Positions 31,116 to 41,118 are shown, counted from the stretch's first letter. The stretch: 64,000 bases of DNA from an uncultured Actinomycetes bacterium (GCA_963841735.1 CAWJDT010000001.1:1376001-1440000), one strand, 5' to 3'. The notes: generated from the sequence alone by a model not told the origin. Program-made: numbers and translations.

Positions 31116-32017
31116 ATGGGTCCCCCGTCATAGAGACCCAGGGTTTGACGAAGGCGCTCGGCGGTCGGACCGTGGTCGACGGTCTGGACCTGGCAGTACA
31201 CGCGGGCGAGGTCTACGGATTCCTGGGTCCCAACGGCGCCGGCAAGACCACGACGCTCCGCATGCTTCTTGGACTACTGGCCACCGATTCCGGCTCGGCC
31301 ACGGTGCTGGGGTTCGACTGCCGGCGGCAGGGCCCCGCTCTGCGGCGGCTGGTGGGCTACGTCTCGCAACTGCGTTCCCTCTACCTGGACCTCACCGTGG
31401 AGCAGAACCTGCTCTTCTTCGGCCGCATGTATGGCCTGGGGCCGGAGCGGCTGGCGGAGCGCATGGCGGCGGAGGTGGAGCGCTTCCAGCTGGGCGGAGA
31501 CCTGGGCCGGCTGCTTGGCTCGGTGCCCACCGGGGCTCAGCGCCGTTGCTCACTGGCGGTGGCTCTGCTTCACCAGCCTAAGCTGTTGATCCTAGACGAG
31601 CCCACCAGCGGCATGGACACCACCAGCCGTCGGGAGTTCTGGGCTTTCTTGGGCGGCTTGGCCGCAGCCGAGACCACCGTTATCATCACCACTCACCATC
31701 TGGAAGAGGTGCAGGTCTGTGACCGGCTTTGCCTGATGCTCGGAGGCCGCCTGCATTTCGAAGGCACCCCCTCCGACATGGTGGAGGCCTTCCCTGGGCC
31801 GGTGCTACTGGTGTCCGCCGAGGGTTTGCAGGAAGCGCACAAGATCTTGAAAAATGAATTCGGTGCCTCTCTTCTGGGGGACCGCATCCGAGTCCAGCGC
31901 CAGGGCGTCGAGCCGAACCAGGTGCTACGCGTTCTGGAGGCTGCCGGCATAAGCGGGGCGTGGGTGGAAAGCGTGGCGCCGACGTTGGAGGACGCCTTCG
32001 TGCGGGCAGCCTGCTAG
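31112..32017 (+). CDS. ABC transporter ATP-binding protein
   Basis: GPNGAGKTT, degenerate signature PTGAQRR, LILDEPTSG, TTH. Confidence 0.9.
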   Translation: MNGSPVIETQGLTKALGGRTVVDGLDLAVHAGEVYGFLGPNGAGKTTTLRMLLGLLATDSGSATVLGFDCRRQGPALRRLVGYVSQLRSLYLDLTVEQNLLFFGRMYGLGPERLAERMAAEVERFQLGGDLGRLLGSVPTGAQRRCSLAVALLHQPKLLILDEPTSGMDTTSRREFWAFLGGLAAAETTVIITTHHLEEVQVCDRLCLMLGGRLHFEGTPSDMVEAFPGPVLLVSAEGLQEAHKILKNEFGASLLGDRIRVQRQGVEPNQVLRVLEAAGISGAWVESVAPTLEDAFVRAAC

Positions 32018-33249
32018 CTGGTCGCTTCACTCCCGGCAGGGCGTGGTTTCTTGTAGCGGGGGCTCCCAGAACGCATGAAATGACGGGCCTGTTTCAGCAC
32101 AGGTACCCGTGCGCCTTCGCTCGCAGTCGGTCCCAAAGCCATGGCATCTTCGTACGCCTCTTCTACCTGGTTGGACACTCGATCCCAAGAGTAGCGCTCC
32201 GCTCGCTGGATGCCGCCAAGGGTCAGCTCGAGCCGCAACGCGACGTTGCCCAGGGTGTTGAAAAGTGCGTTCTGCAGCGCGGCGACATCTCCCGGTGGCA
32301 CCAGCACGCCCGCGGCTCCCTCGGCCATGACCGCGCGGTAGCCGGGGATGTCGGACGCGACCACGGGCAGGCCCGCGGCCATGGCTTCGGTCAGGATGAT
32401 GCCGAAGCTCTCTCCGCCCAGAGACGGAGCGCACAGCACCTCCGCGCTTCTCATCTGCTCGATCTTGTCCGCGTGCGAAACCCGGCCCAGAGCTTGGATG
32501 CCCCGCAGTTTGTCGGCCCCATTTCCGTTGGAGTGGGGGAGCAGCGCGCGCAGCTCTTCAATCGTGGGGCCGATCAATGTCAGCGTCGTCCCGGGCAGCC
32601 GCTCGCGTAGCTTGCCGAAGGCCTCGATCAACACCGCCAGCCCTTTACGGGGCTCGGGGCGGCCCAGGAAGAGGATGCGACCTTGCACTTTCTCCCCGTC
32701 CCTGGCCGGTGCGTACCGATGTACGTCGATGCCGTTAGGGATGACTCGGTAGTCGTTTGGGAAGTGAGAGAAGACGCACTCACGCGCAGCCTCCGAGACA
32801 GCGATTCTCACCGTGATGCATTCGTGGATGCGGGCCGCCAGTGGCCTCCAGCGTTCGTAGTAATTGGAGGCGAAGCCCGCCGCATGGAACGTGGCGACCA
32901 GGGGCGCCTTTGCCGACAGGGCGGCGGCCGACGCAACGGCAGGGCTGTGAGGCTCGTGGACATGCACCAGGTCAAAGTGCTCACGAGCGTAGATGCGGTC
33001 GAACTTCTGGAGCATGAACGGCCAGACGCTCGTGTGGGCGATGGAACCGTTCGAGGGCACCGGGATAGTCCGGCCGGCCAGGATGAACTTCTCGGGCAGG
33101 TCCTTGGCGGCGCGAGTCACTGTACCGGCGGGTGCGATGATCCACACATCATGGCCCCGTCGCTCGAGCTGGCCGACCAGGCTGCTTATGTGGCTGTTGA
33201 CACCGCTAGGGACGTTCCAGTCATATGGTGACACGATGGCTAGTCGCAA
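32014..33249 (-). CDS. Glycosyltransferase family 4 (PimA-like)
   Basis: SPY....GV..H, H.HEP, GR.EPRKG, PS.GGESFGI.L.EAMAAG. Confidence 0.9.
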   Translation of the reverse strand: MRLAIVSPYDWNVPSGVNSHISSLVGQLERRGHDVWIIAPAGTVTRAAKDLPEKFILAGRTIPVPSNGSIAHTSVWPFMLQKFDRIYAREHFDLVHVHEPHSPAVASAAALSAKAPLVATFHAAGFASNYYERWRPLAARIHECITVRIAVSEAARECVFSHFPNDYRVIPNGIDVHRYAPARDGEKVQGRILFLGRPEPRKGLAVLIEAFGKLRERLPGTTLTLIGPTIEELRALLPHSNGNGADKLRGIQALGRVSHADKIEQMRSAEVLCAPSLGGESFGIILTEAMAAGLPVVASDIPGYRAVMAEGAAGVLVPPGDVAALQNALFNTLGNVALRLELTLGGIQRAERYSWDRVSNQVEEAYEDAMALGPTASEGARVPVLKQARHFMRSGSPRYKKPRPAGSEATS

Positions 33250-33437
33250 AGTGTTCCCCCGGATCCCCGCTGCTCTGGATTTCTGCTCTCTGAATAGCAG
33301 CTTGACTGCTAACCGCTGTCAAATCAAGAGCCCGGCGGTACATTGCCTACGCTTCGTGCTCCGTCTATGCTTTGACACAGCGTGGAACTCTGGCCGGTTC
33401 GCGACAGGGCGCCAAGTACTGACCTTCAGGAGGTGTC

Positions 33438-34136
33438 GTGATGATACGTAAGACGCAAGGTCTTGTTGCGCTGCTCTTGACGATCACACTTGGACTGTTT
33501 CTGTTGAGCGGGTGCGGAAGCGCTATGTCCGTATCCGGAGCAGACGGGGGCGGCGACGATACTGAGGCCACGGGCGCTCAAGGCGGGGAGGTGCTGGGGG
33601 GTTCCGAGGTGACGGCAGGTTCCGAAGGGACCCAGGCTACTGGCAACATCGGAGCCGGAGCCGGAGCGACCGTTCTCGAAGTCGGGCAGACCACGGACGT
33701 CGCGTGGGGGAAGCTGGGGGTCTCCCAAGTCACGGTCGTGACCGACTTGGTTTCGTCCGAGGCGGACGCCCTTTTGCTTGATCCCAAATATGACAGGCCG
33801 GGCGCGAACAGTGCCAAGGCCGCCGCGGGCAACGAGTTCCTCCTGATCACGTTCACGTACACCAAGAGTTCAGATGATCCGGGGGCCGGAAGGGTGACGC
33901 CGTCCGACCTCAAGCTGGCCGACGCCGTTGGTGCCGCGTATGCGATAACACCAACAAGCGGCGGCATGGGTGTCTTCAATGCGAGACCGGAAGAAGTGGC
34001 TGCCGGCACTGAAGGGCATGTGACTGCCGTGTATGAGGTGCCCATGGGGTCGACGGGGCTTGTCCTCACCTACGAGTCGATCGACTACGGCGCAGACCCG
34101 GCTGTGACGTACACGTTCCAGGTGAACATCCGATAG
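33438..34136 (+). CDS. Lipoprotein with DUF4352-like Ig domain
   Basis: Lipobox LSGC; GNEFL.I....L.D..G..Y; V..G..G...YEVP. Confidence 0.65.
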   Translation: MMIRKTQGLVALLLTITLGLFLLSGCGSAMSVSGADGGGDDTEATGAQGGEVLGGSEVTAGSEGTQATGNIGAGAGATVLEVGQTTDVAWGKLGVSQVTVVTDLVSSEADALLLDPKYDRPGANSAKAAAGNEFLLITFTYTKSSDDPGAGRVTPSDLKLADAVGAAYAITPTSGGMGVFNARPEEVAAGTEGHVTAVYEVPMGSTGLVLTYESIDYGADPAVTYTFQVNIR

Positions 34137-34300
34137 CCTTCTACAACCCGTTCTTAGCGGCGCGGACTCGCACCAAGCTGTATCCTACTGCTCGCGTCGA
34201 AGGAACCCGAGAATGCGTAGGTGGTAGGAGTGGAACAGTCGTCGCTGCGCACACTGGAACGGGCGCGCCCGAGCTACTCGCAAGAGGGGCGGCGCTGGTC

Positions 34301-35686
34301 ATGATCGACGAGGCCCGTATCGCTACTCCCATGACCACGCCTGGCTGGGACAGATACCGTGACGACGTATTCCTTATCGTAGGGTTCACCGAGCGCACCG
34401 GCCGCTCGGTGGCGCAGGTGTTGGAGCAACAGGGCATGCGCTACAAGGTCTCGGATGTGCGGCCCCGGCATGAGTTGGACAAGGTCCTTGCCGGTCTGGC
34501 GGTCTCGCCTGCCGACGTTTTCGCAGGCCTGCAGGGGCCCGAGCAGCTCGAGGGGATAACCAAGGTGATCCTCTCGCCCGGTGTGCCTCGGAGCATCCCC
34601 TTGCTGCAGGAGGCCCGGGAGCGCGGCATACCTGTTTTGGGCGATGTGGACTTCTTCTGCGACGTGGTGCAGCCGGCCCGGTTGGTTGCCATCACAGGGA
34701 CTGACGGCAAGACCACCACCACCATGCTCACAGGCGCCGTCTTGGCGATGGGGGCGAAGGTGGTCGTGGCGGGCAACGTGGGAGACCCCGTGTTCGCCCG
34801 CTACCAGGAGATCCTTGACTGCGACTACCTGGTGTTAGAACTCTCCAGCTTCATGCTCGAAGAGACATACGCCCTGCGTCCGCACGTTGCCGCCATAACC
34901 AACATCGCCGAGGACCACCTCGACCGCTACCCATCCTATGCCGACTACTCCAGGGCGAAGCGGAACATCGTCCGGCATTGCCTGCCGGGGGCCATCTTCA
35001 TCCAGAACCTGGACGACCCGGTGCTGAGCTCCTTCCGCCCGGAGGGGCTTCGGGTGCGCACCGTCTCCCGCCTCGGGGCCGATGCTGACTACTACTTCGC
35101 CGACGGGGAGTTCCACTTCGCCGGCGCGACTCTCGCCTACACTGACTGTCTGCTGCGGGGCGACCACAACATCGAGAACATCCTCATCGCCCTCGCCGTC
35201 GGCTGTGAGGCCGGGGTACCGCCGGCTGACGCGGCCCGGGCCGTCCAGGAGTTCCCACCCGTAGCGCACCGCTTTGAGTACTTGGGACAGTACGGAGGAG
35301 TCGACGTCTACGACGATTCCAAGGCAACCACGGTGCACGCTGTGGATTCTGCGCTCCGGAGTTTCGCCGGGAACGTGGTGCTGGTTGCTGGGGGGCGGGC
35401 CAAGGACTTGGACTTCCTGCCGCTCCGAGAGCACGAGGCCAAGATCAAATTGCTGATGTGCTACGGCGAAGCCGGGGAGCAGGTCCGGGACCGTCTGGGC
35501 TTCGCCCGCTCTGACTACGTGTACGGCTTCGCGGAGGCCGTCAAGCGCGCCGCCGCTGCCTGCGTGCCGGGCGACTCGCTGCTGCTGTCACCGGGCTGCA
35601 CCAGTTGGGACCAGCACAAAGACTATGCCGCTCGCGGCCGGGAGTTTGCGGAGTTGGCCCTTCAGGAGCTAGGGGAGCCCGTGTAA
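34301..35686 (+). CDS. murD: UDP-N-acetylmuramoyl-L-alanine--D-glutamate ligase
   Basis: SPGVP, ITGTDGKTTTT, GNVG, ELSSF, DHLDRY, HRFE, DSKAT, LLSPG..S.DQ..Y..RG. Confidence 0.85.
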   Translation: MIDEARIATPMTTPGWDRYRDDVFLIVGFTERTGRSVAQVLEQQGMRYKVSDVRPRHELDKVLAGLAVSPADVFAGLQGPEQLEGITKVILSPGVPRSIPLLQEARERGIPVLGDVDFFCDVVQPARLVAITGTDGKTTTTMLTGAVLAMGAKVVVAGNVGDPVFARYQEILDCDYLVLELSSFMLEETYALRPHVAAITNIAEDHLDRYPSYADYSRAKRNIVRHCLPGAIFIQNLDDPVLSSFRPEGLRVRTVSRLGADADYYFADGEFHFAGATLAYTDCLLRGDHNIENILIALAVGCEAGVPPADAARAVQEFPPVAHRFEYLGQYGGVDVYDDSKATTVHAVDSALRSFAGNVVLVAGGRAKDLDFLPLREHEAKIKLLMCYGEAGEQVRDRLGFARSDYVYGFAEAVKRAAAACVPGDSLLLSPGCTSWDQHKDYAARGREFAELALQELGEPV

Positions 35687-35709
35687 CTGTTTGGGACCTC
35701 CACTGTCGT
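35683..35709 (+). promoter_or_regulatory. Candidate ECF autoregulatory promoter GTAAC-N17-GTCGT
   Basis: Matches the motif at 16815-16841 in sequence and spacing; overlaps the murD stop codon. Confidence 0.55.
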
Positions 35710-35744
35710 ATGTACAGTGAGCATCTCACCAAGGATGGGGGGGA

Positions 35745-36227
35745 ATGGGCCCAGCGAGCTTCGAGACCATCGTTCGGCAGGATTCCCCAGCCCTCATCAG
35801 GACGCTGACTCTGATCGTCCTTGATCGGGAGGCCGCAGCCGACATCGCGCAGGAGACCTTCATGCAGCTTCATCACCACTGGGATAGGGTCGCCGATCAC
35901 CCCAATTTGCACGGCTGGATCTACCGGGTGGCCATCAACCGCGCCAGGGACCATCGCCGTTCTCTCCTTCGCGCCGCCAGGCTCGTCCAGCGTCTGGGCA
36001 GCAGCCAAGCTGTCTCTTCGCCGGTGCAGCCCTGGCAACCGGAGGCCGAGTTTGTGAGTGTGCTGCGGGATCTTCCCCAGCGCCAGCGGGCGGCGGCGGC
36101 ACTGCGGTATGTGGGCGATCTCACCGTGCCACAGGTGGCCAAAGTCATGGGCATTTCGCAAGGTGCTGTGCAGAGCCACCTGCACCGAGCGCGGATGGCT
36201 TTGAAGGACATTCTGGAGGTGCAGTGA
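35745..36227 (+). CDS. ECF RNA polymerase sigma-70 factor (paralog of 16978-17436)
   Basis: LDRE.AAD.AQE.F.QL...WD, W.YRVA.NR, LP.RQR.AAAL.Y, SHLHRAR.ALK.ILE shared with the first ECF. Confidence 0.9.
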   Translation: MGPASFETIVRQDSPALIRTLTLIVLDREAAADIAQETFMQLHHHWDRVADHPNLHGWIYRVAINRARDHRRSLLRAARLVQRLGSSQAVSSPVQPWQPEAEFVSVLRDLPQRQRAAAALRYVGDLTVPQVAKVMGISQGAVQSHLHRARMALKDILEVQ

Positions 36228-38131
36228 TGGAGCGCAAATCGATGAAATCCGTGCCTTCAGAACAAGATATGCGTGATCACTACCTCCGCAACGCCCCGAC
36301 CGTCGAAGGCGACGAGACCTGGGAGGCCATAAGGGGTCGAGTGACCGGCCGCGAAGCACCGGCGCGCAGGCCGTCGGGCCGTGCGCGCCGAGGCAGACTG
36401 CGCCGAGGTAGACTGCGCGTCGCCATCGTCTCGCTGGCAGCCGTGGTCATGGTCGGAGCAGCCTCTTTCGGAGTCTACGAGGCGGTGACCCACCTCCGGG
36501 GTGCGGGGCAGATGCTCGTGATCGGAGACGGAGAAACGACGTTTCTGGCAACCGGCGACAGCGTTACGGTGACTGACCCTCTGGGCCAGGCGGTTGTCCT
36601 CACGGGCGATCAAGCAGACCTGTATCGCGAGGTCCAGTGGATGAGAGAGGGGCTGGATTCGGGGAGCATCGTGTTGGCCCCAGAGGCCTTTTTGGACACA
36701 GTGCCGGACGATCTGGCTTCTAGTCCCGATTCTGACTCCGAGCTGCGGACCTACGTCGCAACCATCGCCTCCGACCCTTACTCGATCCTGGACGCGGTCG
36801 AAGAGTCCTTGTTCGATGTTCTGAGCGTCACGATCTATCTGAAGAATACGATCACCGCCGAGCAGATACCCGCCCTTGAGATTCGCATCACGAGTTGGCC
36901 CGAAGTGGGGAGTTGCACTTTCAACAGCAAGGAAGACGCTCTGGAGGAGTTGAAGCAGACCTACGAGGATCGTCCCGAGATCTGGGAGGGCCTGACGAGC
37001 AACCCCCTTCCGGACAGCTTCGAAGTCCTGCTGAAAAGCGGCTCGGAGATCGACTCCTTCACCCAGCGGTGTGCCACTCTCCCCGAGATCGATGAGGTGA
37101 AGAATGCCCCGTCCTTATCGGGAGCAGGGTTTGCGCTTCTGAGAGCCCTAGTCTATCGGACGGGGTATGCCGGCTGGGTCTCGGAGGCATCGGGAATGCC
37201 CTCCACCGCCAGCACGGCCCCAGTCCCGGCCGAGACTTCCACCACCACCGCCATCAGCGTCGACCCTGTCTCGTTTCGTACCGTGCTGCATCCCTACCAC
37301 AATTCCTACTTGGACTATCTGGGCGCGTACGCGAACGGACTGCCCACCGATGTGGATCCCGCGGTCTCGACGGCCGCCTTTCCCAGCTTGCTGCCTGCCT
37401 ATCGGGCGGAGGTGCGGCCTCTGCCCGAGACCGACTTGGAGTTTGGGCCCGTGACACGCGGAGACTCGGATCTCGTGAGCTACTACTCCTGGATGGACCC
37501 GGAGGCAGAGTCGTACGTCACAAACGTCGTGGGCCCGACGACCACTGCCTACGCCCCCCGGGAGCCGCTCGTAGACGCAGCTTCCGCGCGGGCGACGGCC
37601 GAAGCCTTCCTCAGAGAGCATGGGCTGTGGCAGCGGGACCTGGTTGCCAGAGAGGTCAACTGGGTACCATACGAGGCCACCGGTCCCTATGAGATCCGCG
37701 AGGGTTGGTTCGACTACTGGGTGGTCCTCGTCGACCAGAGCCCACCGTCGGGTTTGTCCGCGGTCCAGGGAGAGTTCCCCGGCGCTATCGAGATGCTTGT
37801 CGCTTCCTCTGGCCAGGTGCTTCGGGTCAGATGGTCGCTCCTTGACCTTACTCGCGACGGCAATCTGCGCCTTCGCCCCGTCCAGGAGGTTCTCAGCGAT
37901 CTAGATGCCTGGACCGGCGGGGCGATCTCCGATGAGGTCAACGAGTGGGAAGGGTCGTCCATGACCGTGACAGGAGTCGATATCGGGCTGGTGCGCAACG
38001 ACTACGCTCACGCGGATGACGTCGTCGCCCGCTATCTGGTGCCTGTTTACGAGTTCAGCGTCGAGCCGCTGGAGGGCGCCGGACTGCCGGGCATCTGGTA
38101 CGTGGTCGCGGCCCAAGACACGACTCGGTAG
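36227..38131 (+). CDS. Putative anti-sigma factor: single-TM protein containing an FtsX-like extracellular domain
   Basis: TGATG-coupled to the ECF; Arg-rich segment and TM; 36827-37105 encodes VTIYLK...PEV....F.SKEDALEELK......NPLPDSFEV.L....P.IDEV. Confidence 0.65.
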   Translation: MERKSMKSVPSEQDMRDHYLRNAPTVEGDETWEAIRGRVTGREAPARRPSGRARRGRLRRGRLRVAIVSLAAVVMVGAASFGVYEAVTHLRGAGQMLVIGDGETTFLATGDSVTVTDPLGQAVVLTGDQADLYREVQWMREGLDSGSIVLAPEAFLDTVPDDLASSPDSDSELRTYVATIASDPYSILDAVEESLFDVLSVTIYLKNTITAEQIPALEIRITSWPEVGSCTFNSKEDALEELKQTYEDRPEIWEGLTSNPLPDSFEVLLKSGSEIDSFTQRCATLPEIDEVKNAPSLSGAGFALLRALVYRTGYAGWVSEASGMPSTASTAPVPAETSTTTAISVDPVSFRTVLHPYHNSYLDYLGAYANGLPTDVDPAVSTAAFPSLLPAYRAEVRPLPETDLEFGPVTRGDSDLVSYYSWMDPEAESYVTNVVGPTTTAYAPREPLVDAASARATAEAFLREHGLWQRDLVAREVNWVPYEATGPYEIREGWFDYWVVLVDQSPPSGLSAVQGEFPGAIEMLVASSGQVLRVRWSLLDLTRDGNLRLRPVQEVLSDLDAWTGGAISDEVNEWEGSSMTVTGVDIGLVRNDYAHADDVVARYLVPVYEFSVEPLEGAGLPGIWYVVAAQDTTR

Positions 38132-38209
38132 CACGCTCCCGGTGTGGGTTGGCCGGACGTAGTACTGTGGGAAGCGTCCCGAGGGCCCTACACGATGGAG
38201 GATGGAAGT

Positions 38210-38554
38210 ATGGACGAACCGGAGGTTGTGCAGGCAGCAGAGGTTGCGCCAGCGGGCGAGGTAGCACAGGAGAAGTATCCGAGCTTCTTTGCCAAGCAGT
38301 GGAAGAAGTGCCTGGGCATGCCGGCCAGGCTGAGGGAAAAGGGATACCCCGGACTCTGGGCCGCACTGGTTGTCTCGATAATCGCGGTCGTTGGGACGAT
38401 CCTCCTCAACGTGCTACCCGGTCAAGAATGGGCGGCTGTCCACTTTCGTTTCTACCTATCGGCGGCTGTGATATGCCAAGCCTTGACATACCTCGGTGTG
38501 GTATGGCTTGGGGCTCTGCTTGCCTACTGGGGGATCGTCAAGACCCGCCGGTAG
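38210..38554 (+). CDS. Small hypothetical membrane protein
   Basis: GGAGG RBS; two hydrophobic helices. Confidence 0.55.
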   Translation: MDEPEVVQAAEVAPAGEVAQEKYPSFFAKQWKKCLGMPARLREKGYPGLWAALVVSIIAVVGTILLNVLPGQEWAAVHFRFYLSAAVICQALTYLGVVWLGALLAYWGIVKTRR

Positions 38555-38588
38555 CTCGGCTCCCGTAGCCGGCACTCTCGCTCCCACA

Positions 38589-38624
38589 CAAGGCCCGGAC
38601 GCTCGCAGAAGCGTTCGGGCCTTG
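38589..38624 (+). terminator. Hairpin/possible terminator
   Basis: CAAGGCCCGGACGCT / AGCGTTCGGGCCTTG 15-bp stem with one GU pair; weak U tail. Confidence 0.5.
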
Positions 38625-38651
38625 CTGGTCTCCAGCTCGGTTCCGCCTCGC

Positions 38652-38697
38652 TTGACGCCTATCACGGGAGCATATAAGATACGTCATGATATATCGT
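38652..38697 (+). promoter_or_regulatory. Housekeeping promoter and probable PadR auto-operator
   Basis: TTGACG-N17-TAAGAT, followed by near-palindrome ATGATATATCGT at 38686-38697. Confidence 0.6.
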
Positions 38698-38729
38698 AAT
38701 CATTAGTGAACTAGCCGACGGAGGCCATA

Positions 38730-39341
38730 ATGAGAGCCAAGGAACCAGTATCAGACCCGGGACGTGACCCCGAGCAAGCGGAGGGCAGCAGGTCCGACCA
38801 GGAGCACGGATGCGGAGGGGACCGCTCTCCGCGCCATCACCACATGCACGGACGGGGTCACATGCGCGGACCGGGCGCGCGCTACTTCGAACGGGGCGGG
38901 ATCAAGTTCGCGATCCTCGAGATGCTCAAGAACAAGCCGCGCCACGGCTACGACATCATCCGGGAGATGGAGGAGCAGTCGGGGGGCTTCTACAGTCCCA
39001 GTCCGGGGGCGGTCTATCCGACTCTGCAGGCGCTGGAGGACCAAGACTTGGTCACCTCCGCTGCCGCGGAAGGCAAGAAGGTCTATACCATCACCGAGGC
39101 CGGCGTGGCCTATCTTGAGGAGCATAAGGAACGGGCCAAGGGCCATCGGGATCACTGGGAAGCTCAATGTGGCACTGGTCCACAGGGAGAAGGTTGGGGG
39201 ATCGTGAGTGACATTCGCGACACTCTCGGCGAGCTCACGCGGGCGGTGCGCCGGACCGCTGGCGATCCAGCTAGGTTGAAGGAGGTCGGCGCTGTGTTGG
39301 AAGACGCAGCGGCGCAGATCAAGGAGATCCTCAAGCGGTAG
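38730..39341 (+). CDS. PadR-family transcriptional regulator (YqjI-like, His-rich N-terminus)
   Basis: RG.IK.AIL.ML..KPRHGYDII, YSPSPG.VYPTL..LED, KKVY.ITEAG. Confidence 0.9.
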   Translation: MRAKEPVSDPGRDPEQAEGSRSDQEHGCGGDRSPRHHHMHGRGHMRGPGARYFERGGIKFAILEMLKNKPRHGYDIIREMEEQSGGFYSPSPGAVYPTLQALEDQDLVTSAAAEGKKVYTITEAGVAYLEEHKERAKGHRDHWEAQCGTGPQGEGWGIVSDIRDTLGELTRAVRRTAGDPARLKEVGAVLEDAAAQIKEILKR

Positions 39342-39403
39342 GTCCCCGCTTCGCCGGCCGGGCAGCGCGTGATGGCGCGACCCGGCAGCGCACTCTTGCC
39401 ACC

Positions 39404-39445
39404 CAGTCCCGGTCTGAGCCAAACCGCAGACCGGGACTGTTGCTC
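39404..39445 (+). terminator. Probable terminator after padR
   Basis: Perfect 13-bp stem CAGTCCCGGTCTG / CAGACCGGGACTG followed by a pyrimidine-rich tail. Confidence 0.6.
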
Positions 39446-39518
39446 TCTCATGACCGTGCGGGCACGCAGATGCCATAATCACTCTAGTCCGTGTACACCG
39501 ACTACAAGGAGGTACAGG

Positions 39519-40371
39519 GTGAAGACTTCGCCCAACGAGAGTGCGGGTGCGCGCCCGACCGTCGGCGTCGTGGGCACCGGCAACATGGGTGCGGCTTTGG
39601 TGCGGGGTTGGCTTCGGGCCGAGGAAGATGGCTGCTCCGAGGGGCCGGGCAGACTGCTCGTGTGGGACAAGATCGAAGCGGCGAGCAGGCGGTTGCTCGT
39701 CGATGGGTACGTCGGCCTGGCTTCGTCCCTGCCGGAGTTGGCCGCGGAGACCGACGTCATCCTGGTGGTGGTCAAACCCAAGGACGCCGCCGAGGTCCTG
39801 ACGACGCTGGCCGGCATCCTTCGGCCCGACCAGGCGGTCGTCTCGTCTATGAGTGGGCTTGCACTGGAGCGGATACGTGGTCTGCTGGGCCCAGGGCCAG
39901 CGCTCTTCCGCATCATGCCCAATCTGGGAGTGGAACTGGGGGCCGGCGCGATCGCCTTCGCGGCCGAGCCCGATATGCCCGCGGACCGCGGTGGCGGCGA
40001 TGAAGGCGCTTCTTGGACCATTGGGCATGGTCGGGGAGGTGTCCGAGGGACTGTTCGATGTGGTCACGGCTGTGGCGGGCTCCGGTCCGGCCTTCCTGGC
40101 CTTGGCCGTGGAGAGTCTGGAAGACGGCGCGGTGGCGGCCGGTATGAGCAGGGCGGTGGCCCGCGAGGTCATGAGAAAGAGCGCGCTTGATACTGCCGAG
40201 CTGCTGCCTCATCATTCGGATTCAGCGGCCATGTTGGCCCAGCATCTGCTTTCGACCGGGAGTGCCGATCCAGAGGCTATGAAGGTACTCGAGGACCGCC
40301 GGGTGGGCGAGGCTTTCCAGGAGGCGGTGGGGGCGGCGATGCGTCGGAGTCGGGAGATGGGCAAGGCCTGA
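39519..40371 (+). CDS. proC: Pyrroline-5-carboxylate reductase (one frameshift near 39985, probably sequencing error)
   Basis: GTGNMG.A, VKP, RIMPN in the first frame; D.VTA..GSGPAF in the second frame. Confidence 0.8.
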
Positions 40372-40483
40372 ACGGCGAGACTCTAGAAGGGACCGCGCTG
40401 CGGCCGTTGGAAGAGGTCGGGCCGAAGCCGCCCAGCGGGTAACCAGTTGCCGAGCGAGGCACCATGTACGCAAGGAGGATCAC

Positions 40484-41117
40484 ATGCTAGTTCGCGACAA
40501 GATGTCGAAGAATCCCATCACCACGAGACCCAGTGCGTCGGTGCCCGACGCTCTCAAGGTGATGCAGGGGAGCAAGATCCGGCAGTTGCCCGTGATCAAT
40601 GACGACCACGAGATGGTGGGCATCGTTTCCCTTGTCGATCTGTTCAGGGTTTCGCCCTCGCCGGCGACTTCGCTCAGCGTGTGGGAAGTGGATTACCTGC
40701 TGGAGAAGATCACGGTCGAGAAAGTGATGACGCGCGAAGTCATTACCGTGACCGAAGACACCGCGGTGGAAGAGGCCGGGCGCATCATGGCCGACAACTC
40801 CGTCAGCGGCCTGCCGGTGATGCGAGGAGGCGAGCTGGTGGGCATCATCACCGAGACACACCTGTTCGGCATCCTGCTAGAGCTGTTCGGGGCCCGCAGA
40901 CCTGGCGTGCGGGTGATGGCCAAAGTGGAGATGGAAAAGGGGGGGCTCTGCCAGGCTCTCCGGCGCGGTTGCGGCTATCGGCGGACAGTTTGCCGCCTTC
41001 GGCCTGCACGCCGATTCCCGGACGGTCACTTTCAAGGCTCAGGATGTCGACCGAGACCAGCTGCTGGAGGCCATCAAGCCCATGGTTGTCGAGGTCCTGG
41101 ACGTCCGCGTTAGCTAG
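40484..41117 (+). CDS. CBS + ACT domain protein (AcuB-like; frameshift near 40948)
   Basis: Tandem CBS domains with SPSPATSLSVWE..YLL; alternate frame continues ARLSGAVAAIGG...VLDVRVS to TAG 41117. Confidence 0.8.
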
Positions 41118-41118
41118 C

